64,000 nt of DNA from Escherichia coli (GTDB taxonomy: Bacteria; Pseudomonadota; Gammaproteobacteria; Enterobacterales; Enterobacteriaceae): assembly GCF_048403405.1 (NCBI RefSeq), contig NZ_CP183129.1; one strand, 5' to 3'. Positions 15,927 through 24,532 of the stretch are shown here, one piece after another. The first letter of the stretch is position 1; every line of letters starts with the position of its first letter. The notes under the pieces were generated by a model. It had not been told where the DNA came from. It saw nothing but the letters and a program-made list of their open reading frames with translations, and searched no databases. A program made the position numbers and the translations under genes.

Positions 15927-16074
15927 TAACAGCTCCCATCTGCAGGGGAGGGGCGGGTCAAATCTCTGCAACCCTGGCTGTTCAGTACCGCCGCCTGACC
16001 CTTCCTCACATCGCCGCAGGTTCGAAAACTTTTTTTTGGAAATGTGAACAAACGATTGATAGGTAAGACCGATT

Positions 16075-16557
16075 ATGTCAGGACCTCCGAAAACCCCGCC
16101 ACGCCTGCATTTGATTCGAGGCAACCCCTCAAAGCGCCCCGTTAAAGACCACAAAAAAACCGCTAAAAAGGATGAAAAAGGTCTTCCTAAAATTCCGCAG
16201 CATTTAGGGGCTCAGGGGAAGTACTGGTTCAGGCGAATGGCGGAAGAGCTGAATGCGGAAGGGATCATTTCTCAGCTCGATGCACGTGCGCTCGAGTTAC
16301 TGGTGGAAGCCTACACCGAATACCGGCATCACTGCGAAATACTCGATGTTGAGGGTTATACCTACCGCACGAAAACGCAGAATGGCGATGTGCTGATCAA
16401 GGCACACCCGGCTGCTGCGATGAAGGCTGATGCCTGGAAGCGGATCCGGGCGATGCTTGCAGAATTTGGTATGTCACCGGCAAGCCGGGCAAAAGTAAAT
16501 ACCGCCGGACCGGATAATGTTGATCCGCTGGCAGAGCTTTTAAAAGCGAGAGACTGA
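16075..16557 (+). CDS. Terminase small subunit (P27 family)
   Basis: 160 aa, basic N-terminus, directly upstream of large terminase. Confidence 0.75.
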   Translation: MSGPPKTPPRLHLIRGNPSKRPVKDHKKTAKKDEKGLPKIPQHLGAQGKYWFRRMAEELNAEGIISQLDARALELLVEAYTEYRHHCEILDVEGYTYRTKTQNGDVLIKAHPAAAMKADAWKRIRAMLAEFGMSPASRAKVNTAGPDNVDPLAELLKARD

Positions 16558-18314
16558 TGGCAAAAGTGGCTGACGGGATCCGCTACGCCGAACGTGTTGT
16601 TGCAGGAGAAATTGTTGCTGGCGAATTTGTCCGCCTGGCCTGCCAGCGTTTTCTTGATGATCTGAAGTACGGCGAAAAGCGGGGGATTTATTTCAGTGAA
16701 CCCCGTGCGCAGCACATCCTGAATTTCTACAAATTTGTGCCTCATGTAAAAGGGGCACTGGCAGGCCAGCCCATTGAGTTGATGGACTGGCATGTATTTA
16801 TCCTCATTAATATTTTTGGTTTTGTCATTCCGCTGGTCAATGAAGAAACCGGGGAAGTTGTCATGCGCAGCGATGGCAGCGGACGTCCGGTGATGGTGCG
16901 CCGGTTCCGGACGGCGTACAACGAAGTCGCCCGTAAAAACGCAAAATCAACCCTGTCATCGGGTATCGGCCTGTATATGACGGGGGCAGATAGTGAAGGC
17001 GGAGCTGAGGTGTATTCAGCCGCAACCACGCGTGACCAGGCCAGAATCGTGTTTGAAGACGCCAAAAATATGGTCAGAAAAGCCCGGTCGACACTCGGGC
17101 GGTTGTTTGATTTCAACAAGCTGGCGATTTACCAGGAGCAGAGCGCATCAAAATTTGAACCGCTTTCCTCGGATGCAAACAACCTGGACGGTCTGAACAT
17201 CCACTGCGCCATTATTGATGAGCTGCATGCACATAAAACCCGCGACGTGTGGGACGTTCTGGAAACGGCAACCGGTGCCCGTCTGCAGTCCCTGTTATTT
17301 GGTATCACCACGGCTGGCTTTAACAAGGAAGGGATTTGTTACGAGCAGCGTGATTACGCCATCAAGGTATTGCGAGGCTATAACAGCGACGTGGAGGGCG
17401 CTGTAAAAGACGACTCTTACTTTGCGATCATTTACACGCTCGATGAGGGAGATGATCCGTTTGATGAAACGGTCTGGCAGAAAGCGAATCCTGGCCTGGG
17501 CATCTGTAAACGCTGGGATGATCTGCGTCGTCTGGCGAAAAAAGCGAAGGAGCAGGTCTCTGCGCGGGTGAATTTTTTTACCAAACACATGAATGTGTGG
17601 GTCACTGCCGAATCTGCCTGGATGGATATGATTAAGTGGGAGAAGTGCGAATACATTGCTCCACAACATGAGCTGAAAACATATCCCATGTGGGTCGGCG
17701 TCGACCTTGCTCATAAGATTGATATCTGTGCGGCGGCAAAACTCTGGCGAACCGATAACGGACATGTTCATGCTGATTTTAAATTCTGGCTTCCGGAAGG
17801 ACGGCTGGAACGATGCTCGCGGCAGCAGGCAGAACTTTACCGGAAGTGGGCGGAGATGGATAAGCTCATCCTGACGGATGGTGATGTTATCGATCATGCT
17901 CAGATAAAAAGTGACTTACTGGAATGGATTGGCGGTGAAAACCTCAGGGAACTGGGATTTGACCCGTGGAGCGCAATGCAGTTCAGTCTGGCACTGGCTG
18001 AAGAAGGGATACCGCTGGTGGAGGTTCCGCAGACGGTCCGCAATCTGTCAGAGGCCATGAAGGAAACGGAATCACTGGTTTATGCCGGGCGTTTCCATCA
18101 CAGCAATCATCCGGTCATGAACTGGATGATGTCTAACGTTACTGTAAAACCGGACAAAAACGACAACATCTTCCCGAATAAATCCACGCCGGAAGCCAAA
18201 ATCGACGGCCCTGTTGCGCTTTTTACAGCCATGAGCCGCTTTCTGGTAAATGGCGGGGGCGTGAATGACTTTCTGTCCACGCTTGATCCTGATGAGGACC
18301 TGTTAATTCTGTGA
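16557..18314 (+). CDS. Terminase large subunit
   Basis: 585 aa; ATPase and nuclease regions; position. Confidence 0.9.
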   Translation: MAKVADGIRYAERVVAGEIVAGEFVRLACQRFLDDLKYGEKRGIYFSEPRAQHILNFYKFVPHVKGALAGQPIELMDWHVFILINIFGFVIPLVNEETGEVVMRSDGSGRPVMVRRFRTAYNEVARKNAKSTLSSGIGLYMTGADSEGGAEVYSAATTRDQARIVFEDAKNMVRKARSTLGRLFDFNKLAIYQEQSASKFEPLSSDANNLDGLNIHCAIIDELHAHKTRDVWDVLETATGARLQSLLFGITTAGFNKEGICYEQRDYAIKVLRGYNSDVEGAVKDDSYFAIIYTLDEGDDPFDETVWQKANPGLGICKRWDDLRRLAKKAKEQVSARVNFFTKHMNVWVTAESAWMDMIKWEKCEYIAPQHELKTYPMWVGVDLAHKIDICAAAKLWRTDNGHVHADFKFWLPEGRLERCSRQQAELYRKWAEMDKLILTDGDVIDHAQIKSDLLEWIGGENLRELGFDPWSAMQFSLALAEEGIPLVEVPQTVRNLSEAMKETESLVYAGRFHHSNHPVMNWMMSNVTVKPDKNDNIFPNKSTPEAKIDGPVALFTAMSRFLVNGGGVNDFLSTLDPDEDLLIL

Positions 18315-18331
18315 AACAGCTTATTACTGAT

Positions 18332-18472
18332 ATGACCGGGCTGATCGGTTTCGGTCTGCTCACTGCTGGCGTTTATCTGTATGCAGGTCTGCCAGCGTCT
18401 CTGATGCTGTCTGGCTGTTTGTTGCTGCTTTATGCACTGGTGGTGTCCATGAGGAGAAAACATGCTTCTTGA
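18332..18472 (+). CDS. Small hydrophobic protein between terminase and portal
   Basis: 46 codons, TM-like; in-frame GTG at 18311 overlaps terL stop; not in ORF track. Confidence 0.3.
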   Translation: MTGLIGFGLLTAGVYLYAGLPASLMLSGCLLLLYALVVSMRRKHAS

Positions 18473-19688
18473 TGCTCTGTTTCGCAGTGAGCCTCTGGAA
18501 AATCCCTCGGTTCCGGTAACCGGAGAGGCCGCTGAGACGGATAATATTTTTGCCCGGGATGTGTATGTCAGTCCGGAAACGTCCATGAGGCTGGCTGCTG
18601 TCTATGCCTGTATTTATGTTATTTCATCCAGTGTGGCTCAGATGCCCCTGCATGTGATGCGAAAAACGAATGAGCATGTTCAGCCGGCACGCGATCACCC
18701 GTTGTTCTGGCTCGTTCATGATGAACCGAATGCCTGGCAGACCAGCTATAAGTGGCGGGAACTGAAGCAGCGTCATGTGCTGGGGTGGGGCAATGGTTAT
18801 ACGTGGGTGAAACGTAATCGTCGTGGCGAGGTTACCAGTCTTGAATGCTGTATGCCATGGGAAACCACGTTACTTAACACTGGAGGGCGTCATACCTACG
18901 GTGTGTATAACGAAGAGGGTGCATTTGCGGTAAGTCCGGACGACATGATCCATATCAGGGCGCTGGGAAACAATCAGAAAATGGGACTGAGTCCGATCAT
19001 GCAGCATGCTGAAACCATTGGTATGGGAATGAGTGGTCAGCAGTATACCAGTGCTTTTTTTAACGGTAATGCCCGTCCTGCCGGGATTATTTCTGTGAAA
19101 AATGAACTGAACGAACAGAGTTGGAGCAGGCTCAAGAATATGTGGCAGCGGGCGGTGACAGAGCTTCGCAGTCAGGAAAATAAAACCATGCTGCTGCCTG
19201 CGCAACTGGATTACCGTGCCCTGACAGTTTCTCCGGTGGATGCTCAGATCATTGATATGACCAAGCTGAACCGGTCGATGATTGCCGGAATTTTTAATGT
19301 CCCGGCGCACATGATTAATGACCTGGAAAAAGCCACATTTTCGAATATTACACAGCAGGCGATTCAGTTTGTTCGCTACACGATGATGCCCTGGGTTGCG
19401 AACTGGGAGCAGGAGCTTAACCGTCGCCTGTTTACCCGCACAGAACGGGCTGCCGGGTATTACGTTCGTTTCAACCTTACAGGATTGCTCCGCGGGACTC
19501 CACAGGAGCGTGCGCAGTTTTATCACTTTGCCATTACAGATGGCTGGATGAGCCGGAATGAAGCGAGGGCATTTGAGGACATGAACCCGGTTGATGGTCT
19601 GGATGAAATGCTGGTCAGCGTAAATGCAGCAAATCCGTTGAATGATTTTAAAGATACGAAAGGCAAAGAGGAAAAGAACGATGAATGA
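18462..19688 (+). CDS. Portal protein (HK97 family)
   Basis: 408 aa, gene order. Confidence 0.85.
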   Translation: MLLDALFRSEPLENPSVPVTGEAAETDNIFARDVYVSPETSMRLAAVYACIYVISSSVAQMPLHVMRKTNEHVQPARDHPLFWLVHDEPNAWQTSYKWRELKQRHVLGWGNGYTWVKRNRRGEVTSLECCMPWETTLLNTGGRHTYGVYNEEGAFAVSPDDMIHIRALGNNQKMGLSPIMQHAETIGMGMSGQQYTSAFFNGNARPAGIISVKNELNEQSWSRLKNMWQRAVTELRSQENKTMLLPAQLDYRALTVSPVDAQIIDMTKLNRSMIAGIFNVPAHMINDLEKATFSNITQQAIQFVRYTMMPWVANWEQELNRRLFTRTERAAGYYVRFNLTGLLRGTPQERAQFYHFAITDGWMSRNEARAFEDMNPVDGLDEMLVSVNAANPLNDFKDTKGKEEKNDE

Positions 19689-20280
19689 CCGTGAAACGCG
19701 CTGTTACAGCGGGGAAGTGCGGGCAGAACAATATGATAATGCCCCGACTCATATTTTGGGGTATGGCTCGGTATTTAACAGTCGTTCAGAACCTCTGTGG
19801 GGATTTCGTGAAATCATCAAGCCGGGGGCTTTTGACGACGTGCTGAATGATGATGTACGTGGATTGTTTAATCATGATCCTAATTTCATTCTCGGACGAA
19901 GTTCTGCCGGCACGTTGTCATTATCAGTGGATGAACGTGGTTTGCGTTACGACATTGTTGCACCGGATACGCCGACGATTTGTGACCTGGTGCTGTCACC
20001 AATGTTGCGTGGTGACATTAATCAGTCCTCGTTCGCGTTTCGCGTCGCTCGTGATGGAGAGAGCTGGTATGAAGACGACGAGGGGATTGTTATCCGGGAA
20101 ATCACGCGCATTTCTCGTCTGTATGACGTCAGCCCGGTGACATATCCGGCCTATCAGGACGCAGACTCTGGTGTCCGCTCAATGAAAGCCTGGCAGGAAG
20201 CGCGGGCGAGTGGTGCGCTGAAGAAAGCTGTTAACGAACGAATGGCGCGTGAGCGTCTTTTGACCCTTCTTAATGCATAA
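19681..20280 (+). CDS. Prohead protease (HK97 family)
   Basis: ATG 19681 overlapping portal end; 199 aa. Confidence 0.8.
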   Translation: MNDRETRCYSGEVRAEQYDNAPTHILGYGSVFNSRSEPLWGFREIIKPGAFDDVLNDDVRGLFNHDPNFILGRSSAGTLSLSVDERGLRYDIVAPDTPTICDLVLSPMLRGDINQSSFAFRVARDGESWYEDDEGIVIREITRISRLYDVSPVTYPAYQDADSGVRSMKAWQEARASGALKKAVNERMARERLLTLLNA

Positions 20281-20294
20281 GGATACTACTGACG

Positions 20295-21512
20295 ATGAAA
20301 CTTCATGAGATGAAGCAAAAACGAAACACCATTGCAAAGGATATGCGTGCACTGCATGAAAAAATTGGTGATAACGCATGGACTGATGAGCAACGGGCAG
20401 AGTGGAACAGGGCGAAAGCTGAGCTGGATGCGCTGGATGAGCAAATCGCCCGTGAAGAAGAGTTGCGCCGTCAGGATCAGGCATATGTGGATGAGTCCGG
20501 TCCGGAAGAGCGCCAGAATAATGAGGCGGAGAACGGGAAAAAGGCGGTGGAAGAGAAGCGCGCTGCGGCATTTAACCGTTTTCTGCGTGCCGGATTTGCA
20601 GAACTGAATGCTGAAGAGCGTAATCTGATGCGTGAACTGCGGGCTCAGAGTGTAACAACGGATTCTCAGGGCGGATATACGGTGCCCACGCAGATGCGTA
20701 ACAAAATCATTGACACCATGAAGGCTTATGGCGGGATTGCCAGTGTGGCGCAACTTCTGACCACATCAACCGGGCAGGATATCACCTGGTCAACGTCTGA
20801 TGGCACGACTGAAGAGGGCGAACTGCTGGCGGAAAATACAGCCGCAACGGAACAGGATGTGACGTTCGGGACCGCTATTCTGGGGGCTAAAAAGCTGTCA
20901 TCAAAAATAATTCGTGTGTCCAATGAGCTGCTCCAGGACAGTGGGGTGGATATTGAATCTTATCTGGCAAACCGTATTGCCCAGCGTATTGGTCGTGGAG
21001 AGGCAAAATATCTGGTTCAGGGGACCGGAACGGGATCACCGTTACAGCCAAAAGGGCTTGCAGCGTCGGTGACGGGAACCATCCAGACTGCAGCCTCTGC
21101 CGCTTTCACCTGGAAAGAAATGAATGCCCTGAAACATGCCATTGATCCGGCATATCGTGGTGGGCCGAAATACCGCTGGGCATTCAATGATGCCACATTG
21201 CAGACTATTGAAGAGATGGAGGATGGACAGAAACGCCCGTTATGGCTGCCGGATATTGCAGGCGGTACGCCGGCTACTGTGCTGGGGATCCCTTATGTTA
21301 TTGATCAGGCTATTGACGGGATTGGTACCGGAAAAAAATTCATTTTCCTGGGGGATTTCAACCGCTTTATCATTCGCCGCGTTACTTATATGGAACTGAA
21401 ACGTCTGGTTGAGCGTTATGCTGAGTTTGATCAGGTGGCATTTCTGGCTTTCCATCGTTTTGACTGTGTGCTGGAAGATGTGGCAGCCATCAAGGCGCTC
21501 ACTGGCAAATAA
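20295..21512 (+). CDS. Major capsid protein (HK97 fold)
   Basis: 405 aa; N-terminal coiled scaffold-like delta domain. Confidence 0.85.
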   Translation: MKLHEMKQKRNTIAKDMRALHEKIGDNAWTDEQRAEWNRAKAELDALDEQIAREEELRRQDQAYVDESGPEERQNNEAENGKKAVEEKRAAAFNRFLRAGFAELNAEERNLMRELRAQSVTTDSQGGYTVPTQMRNKIIDTMKAYGGIASVAQLLTTSTGQDITWSTSDGTTEEGELLAENTAATEQDVTFGTAILGAKKLSSKIIRVSNELLQDSGVDIESYLANRIAQRIGRGEAKYLVQGTGTGSPLQPKGLAASVTGTIQTAASAAFTWKEMNALKHAIDPAYRGGPKYRWAFNDATLQTIEEMEDGQKRPLWLPDIAGGTPATVLGIPYVIDQAIDGIGTGKKFIFLGDFNRFIIRRVTYMELKRLVERYAEFDQVAFLAFHRFDCVLEDVAAIKALTGK

Positions 21513-21533
21513 CCACTCGTTGTTCAGTTACAG

Positions 21534-21556
21534 ACCGCGCCGACGCGGTTTTTTTA
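21534..21556 (+). terminator. Intrinsic terminator after major capsid gene
   Basis: accgcg ccga cgcggt then 7 T; second hairpin gcccgca/tgcgggc at 21558-21577 before the next RBS. Confidence 0.5.
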
Positions 21557-21588
21557 TGCCCGCACAGTGTTGCGGGCAGGAGTTTCTG

Positions 21589-21906
21589 ATGGCAGCAATA
21601 GTGGAAAAACTCAGGGCGCAGTGCCGTATTGATACAGATGATGCAACTGATGATGAGTTACTGATGCTGTATTTCCGGGCTGCCTGCCGCAAGGCAGAAA
21701 ATTTTATCAACCGTAAGCTTTATGAGGAGACGGTGCCGGAAGGTGATCCTGAAGGGGTGCTTATAGCTGATGATGTTTTGCTGGCGCTCATGTTGCTGGT
21801 CGGGCACTGGTACGAAAACCGGGAAAATTCCTCAGATGTCAGCAAGACACCAGTCCCGTTTGGTTTTTCTTCTCTGCTGGAGCCTTATCGTTTTATTCCT
21901 TTGTAG
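21589..21906 (+). CDS. Head-tail connector (gp6-like)
   Basis: 105 aa from ATG 21589. Confidence 0.6.
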   Translation: MAAIVEKLRAQCRIDTDDATDDELLMLYFRAACRKAENFINRKLYEETVPEGDPEGVLIADDVLLALMLLVGHWYENRENSSDVSKTPVPFGFSSLLEPYRFIPL

Positions 21907-21914
21907 GAGGAGAC

Positions 21915-22253
21915 ATGCAGGCGGGCAGATTACGTGATCGCGTAATTATTCTGAATGTCACCACCGCCCGCTCTCCGTCAGGGCATCCGGTGGAGACGGT
22001 GACGGAGGGAGCTACCGTATGGGCAGAAGTTAAGGGTATCAGCGGGAGGGAGATAATCTCAGGCGGAGCAGAAACCGCTCAGGCTACGGTCAGAGTCTGG
22101 ATGAGATTCCGGCGCGATGTGACAGCGACTTCACGTCTGAAAGTGCTGACCGGTGCATTTAAAGGGGCCATTCTGGGTATAGAAGGTCCACCAATACCGG
22201 ATGCACGCGCTACCCGGCTTGAAATACTCTGCAGCCTGAAGGGGAATGTGTGA
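21915..22253 (+). CDS. Head closure / head-tail adaptor protein
   Basis: 112 aa, position. Confidence 0.6.
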   Translation: MQAGRLRDRVIILNVTTARSPSGHPVETVTEGATVWAEVKGISGREIISGGAETAQATVRVWMRFRRDVTATSRLKVLTGAFKGAILGIEGPPIPDARATRLEILCSLKGNV

Positions 22254-22699
22254 TGGATTTCAGTCTTGATTTTTCCGGCCTGGCGGATATTGCACGGGAT
22301 TTGGAGACGCTCAGCAGGGCAGAAAACAATAAGGTTCTGCGCGATGCCACCCGTGCCGGTGCTGAAGTTATGCGGGATGCAGTTGTTGAACGTGCGCCGG
22401 AGCGAACCGGGAAACTGAAGAAAAATGTGGTTGTTCTCACTCAGCGTTCAAAGCGTCGGGGGGAAATTATCTCGGGTGTCCACATTCGCGGACGGAACCT
22501 GCGAACCGGAAACAGTGATAACAGCATGAAAGCCAGCGATCCCCGAAATGCATTTTACTGGCGCTTTGTGGAGCTGGGAACGATAAACATGCCCGCGCAT
22601 CCATTCATTCGCCCGGCTTTCGATACGACAGAGGAACTGGCAGCACGGATTGCCATACAGCGAATGAATCAGGCTATTGATGAGGTCTTAAGTAAATGA
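22250..22699 (+). CDS. HK97 gp10-family tail component
   Basis: 149 aa, position. Confidence 0.6.
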   Translation: MMDFSLDFSGLADIARDLETLSRAENNKVLRDATRAGAEVMRDAVVERAPERTGKLKKNVVVLTQRSKRRGEIISGVHIRGRNLRTGNSDNSMKASDPRNAFYWRFVELGTINMPAHPFIRPAFDTTEELAARIAIQRMNQAIDEVLSK

Positions 22700-23040
22700 G
22701 AGAGGCCACACTGTATTCCCTGTTGTCTCAGCTGGCCGGAGGACAGGTTTATCCTTATGTGGTCCCACTGACGGATGGAAAGCCTGCGGTATCTCCGCCG
22801 TGGCTGGTGTTTTCTGTGGTGTCTGACACGGCATCTGATGTGCTTGATGGGCAGGCTGAATCCAGAATTACCGTGCAGATCGATGTCTGGGCGACAGTAC
22901 CTGATGACGCAGATAATATTCGTGAGCAGGCGCTTGATGCGGTAAGAAAACTGGCACCCTCCGTTATTTCTAAAACGCAGGGTTATGATCCTGACTCCCG
23001 TCTGAGCAGAGCCACGCTTGAATTCCAAGTAATAGCCTGA
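22696..23040 (+). CDS. Tail completion protein (DUF3168-like)
   Basis: 114 aa, position. Confidence 0.55.
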   Translation: MREATLYSLLSQLAGGQVYPYVVPLTDGKPAVSPPWLVFSVVSDTASDVLDGQAESRITVQIDVWATVPDDADNIREQALDAVRKLAPSVISKTQGYDPDSRLSRATLEFQVIA

Positions 23041-23060
23041 GGTCATTAATGATTTTACCC

Positions 23061-23082
23061 ACCCGCCGCTGGCGGGTTTTTT
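23061..23082 (+). terminator. Intrinsic terminator immediately upstream of major tail gene
   Basis: acccgcc gct ggcgggt then tttttt. Confidence 0.5.
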
Positions 23083-23099
23083 ATTTTCAGGAGACGAGT

Positions 23100-23804
23100 A
23101 TGTCCTCTAATTTTGAGCGTTCGCAACTGACGAAAATTATGATTTCGTCTGCACCGGTAACAGCAGAAACCCTGGATTCTGCCAGCTATCTTGGCCTGAG
23201 CTGTACAATCAAAGAGGTGCAGTTTACCGCAGGACAAAAGCAGGATATTGATGTCACCACGCTGTGTTCTGTTGAGCAGGAAAATATTAACGGCCTTGGG
23301 GCTGCTTCAGAGATTTCCATGTCAGGCAACTTTTATCTGAATGCTGCCCAGAACGCGTTGCGCAGTGCCTATGACAATGACACCACGTATGGCTTTAAAG
23401 TTATTTTTCCGTCAGGCAACGGATTTACCTTTATGGCAGAGGTGCGTCAGCATACCTGGTCTGCAGGAACCAATGGTGTTGTGGCTGCAACGTTTTCCTT
23501 GCGCCTGAAAGGTAAACCTGTGCTGACGACAGAGCCGCTGAAAGTGAAGGCCGATTTAAAAAGCACGCTGCGGGTTGCTTCCGGAGCGAAACTTGAAATG
23601 GCGGTTGAGGCTGCGGGTGGTGTGCCGCCTTATTCTTATGTCTGGAAGAAAGGTGGTTCTCCTGTTTCCGGACAGACGGCGGCAACGTTCAGTAAGGCAT
23701 CGGCAGTATCCGGTGATGCGGGTGCATATACCTGCGAGATTTCTGATTCAGCAAGCCCGGTTAACAAAGTGACCTCCACTTCCTGCACTGTAACCGTCAG
23801 TTAA
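23100..23804 (+). CDS. Major tail protein with C-terminal Ig-like domain
   Basis: ATG 23100 with AGGAG RBS; 234 aa. Confidence 0.7.
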   Translation: MSSNFERSQLTKIMISSAPVTAETLDSASYLGLSCTIKEVQFTAGQKQDIDVTTLCSVEQENINGLGAASEISMSGNFYLNAAQNALRSAYDNDTTYGFKVIFPSGNGFTFMAEVRQHTWSAGTNGVVAATFSLRLKGKPVLTTEPLKVKADLKSTLRVASGAKLEMAVEAAGGVPPYSYVWKKGGSPVSGQTAATFSKASAVSGDAGAYTCEISDSASPVNKVTSTSCTVTVS

Positions 23805-24190
23805 TGAGGATGGATGTGATGACTAAAAATATCCGTAATCTGGCACTGGCAACGATGTCGGGGTTTCGCCATAAAACCGTTGATGTGCCTGAATGGGAGG
23901 GAGCAACGGTTGTGTTACGGGAACCTTCTGCAGAAGCCTGGTTGCGCTGGCAGGAGATCGTTAAAGCAAAAGATGATGAGACACCGTTATCCGTTGCGGA
24001 GCGCGCCCGCCGAAATCTGGAGGCAGATGTTGAACTGTTCATTGATGTTCTGTGTGATACCGGACTGCAACCCGTATTTTCAGAGGATGATCGTGAACAG
24101 GTGATTGCCGTGTATGGCCCGGTGCATGCGCGGCTTCTTCGGCAGTCTCTGGAACTGATCAGTGATGCCGGCGAGGTTAAAAAAAAGTAG
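23804..24190 (+). CDS. Tail assembly chaperone G
   Basis: 128 aa ending GEVKKK; slippery site at 3' end. Confidence 0.7.
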   Translation: MRMDVMTKNIRNLALATMSGFRHKTVDVPEWEGATVVLREPSAEAWLRWQEIVKAKDDETPLSVAERARRNLEADVELFIDVLCDTGLQPVFSEDDREQVIAVYGPVHARLLRQSLELISDAGEVKKK

Positions 24191-24492
24191 CGCTTCCGGG
24201 GATGCGTTTTCTGATGATGCTGGCGCTCAGGATGGGGCGCACATTGTCAGAGTTACGCCGGGAAATGTCCACATCAGAAATCATGATGTGGGCAGAATTT
24301 GACAGGTTCAGCCCGCTGGGGGACGAACGGGCTGATATCCGGGCTGCCCAGATTGTTTCAGCTGTTTACGGTGCGCAGGGGGTCAAAGTGCCACTGAATG
24401 ATGCGCTTCTTCAGTGGGAGAAGGAGCAGACAGAAGGCGTATCAGATCCATTTGCCGGACTGGAAAACGCGCTTTTAATAGTGTCTCAGTGA
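23804..24492 (+). CDS. Tail assembly chaperone GT (-1 programmed frameshift product)
   Basis: Slippery heptamer A AAA AAG at 24181-24187; -1 frame open through 24492. Confidence 0.6.
24181..24187 (+). promoter_or_regulatory. Programmed -1 ribosomal frameshift site (A AAA AAG)
   Basis: X XXY YYZ heptamer at G/T junction upstream of tape measure. Confidence 0.6.
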
Positions 24493-24532
24493 GTCAACAT
24501 AACCGCTTCGGCGGTTTTTTTTCGTCCGGAGA

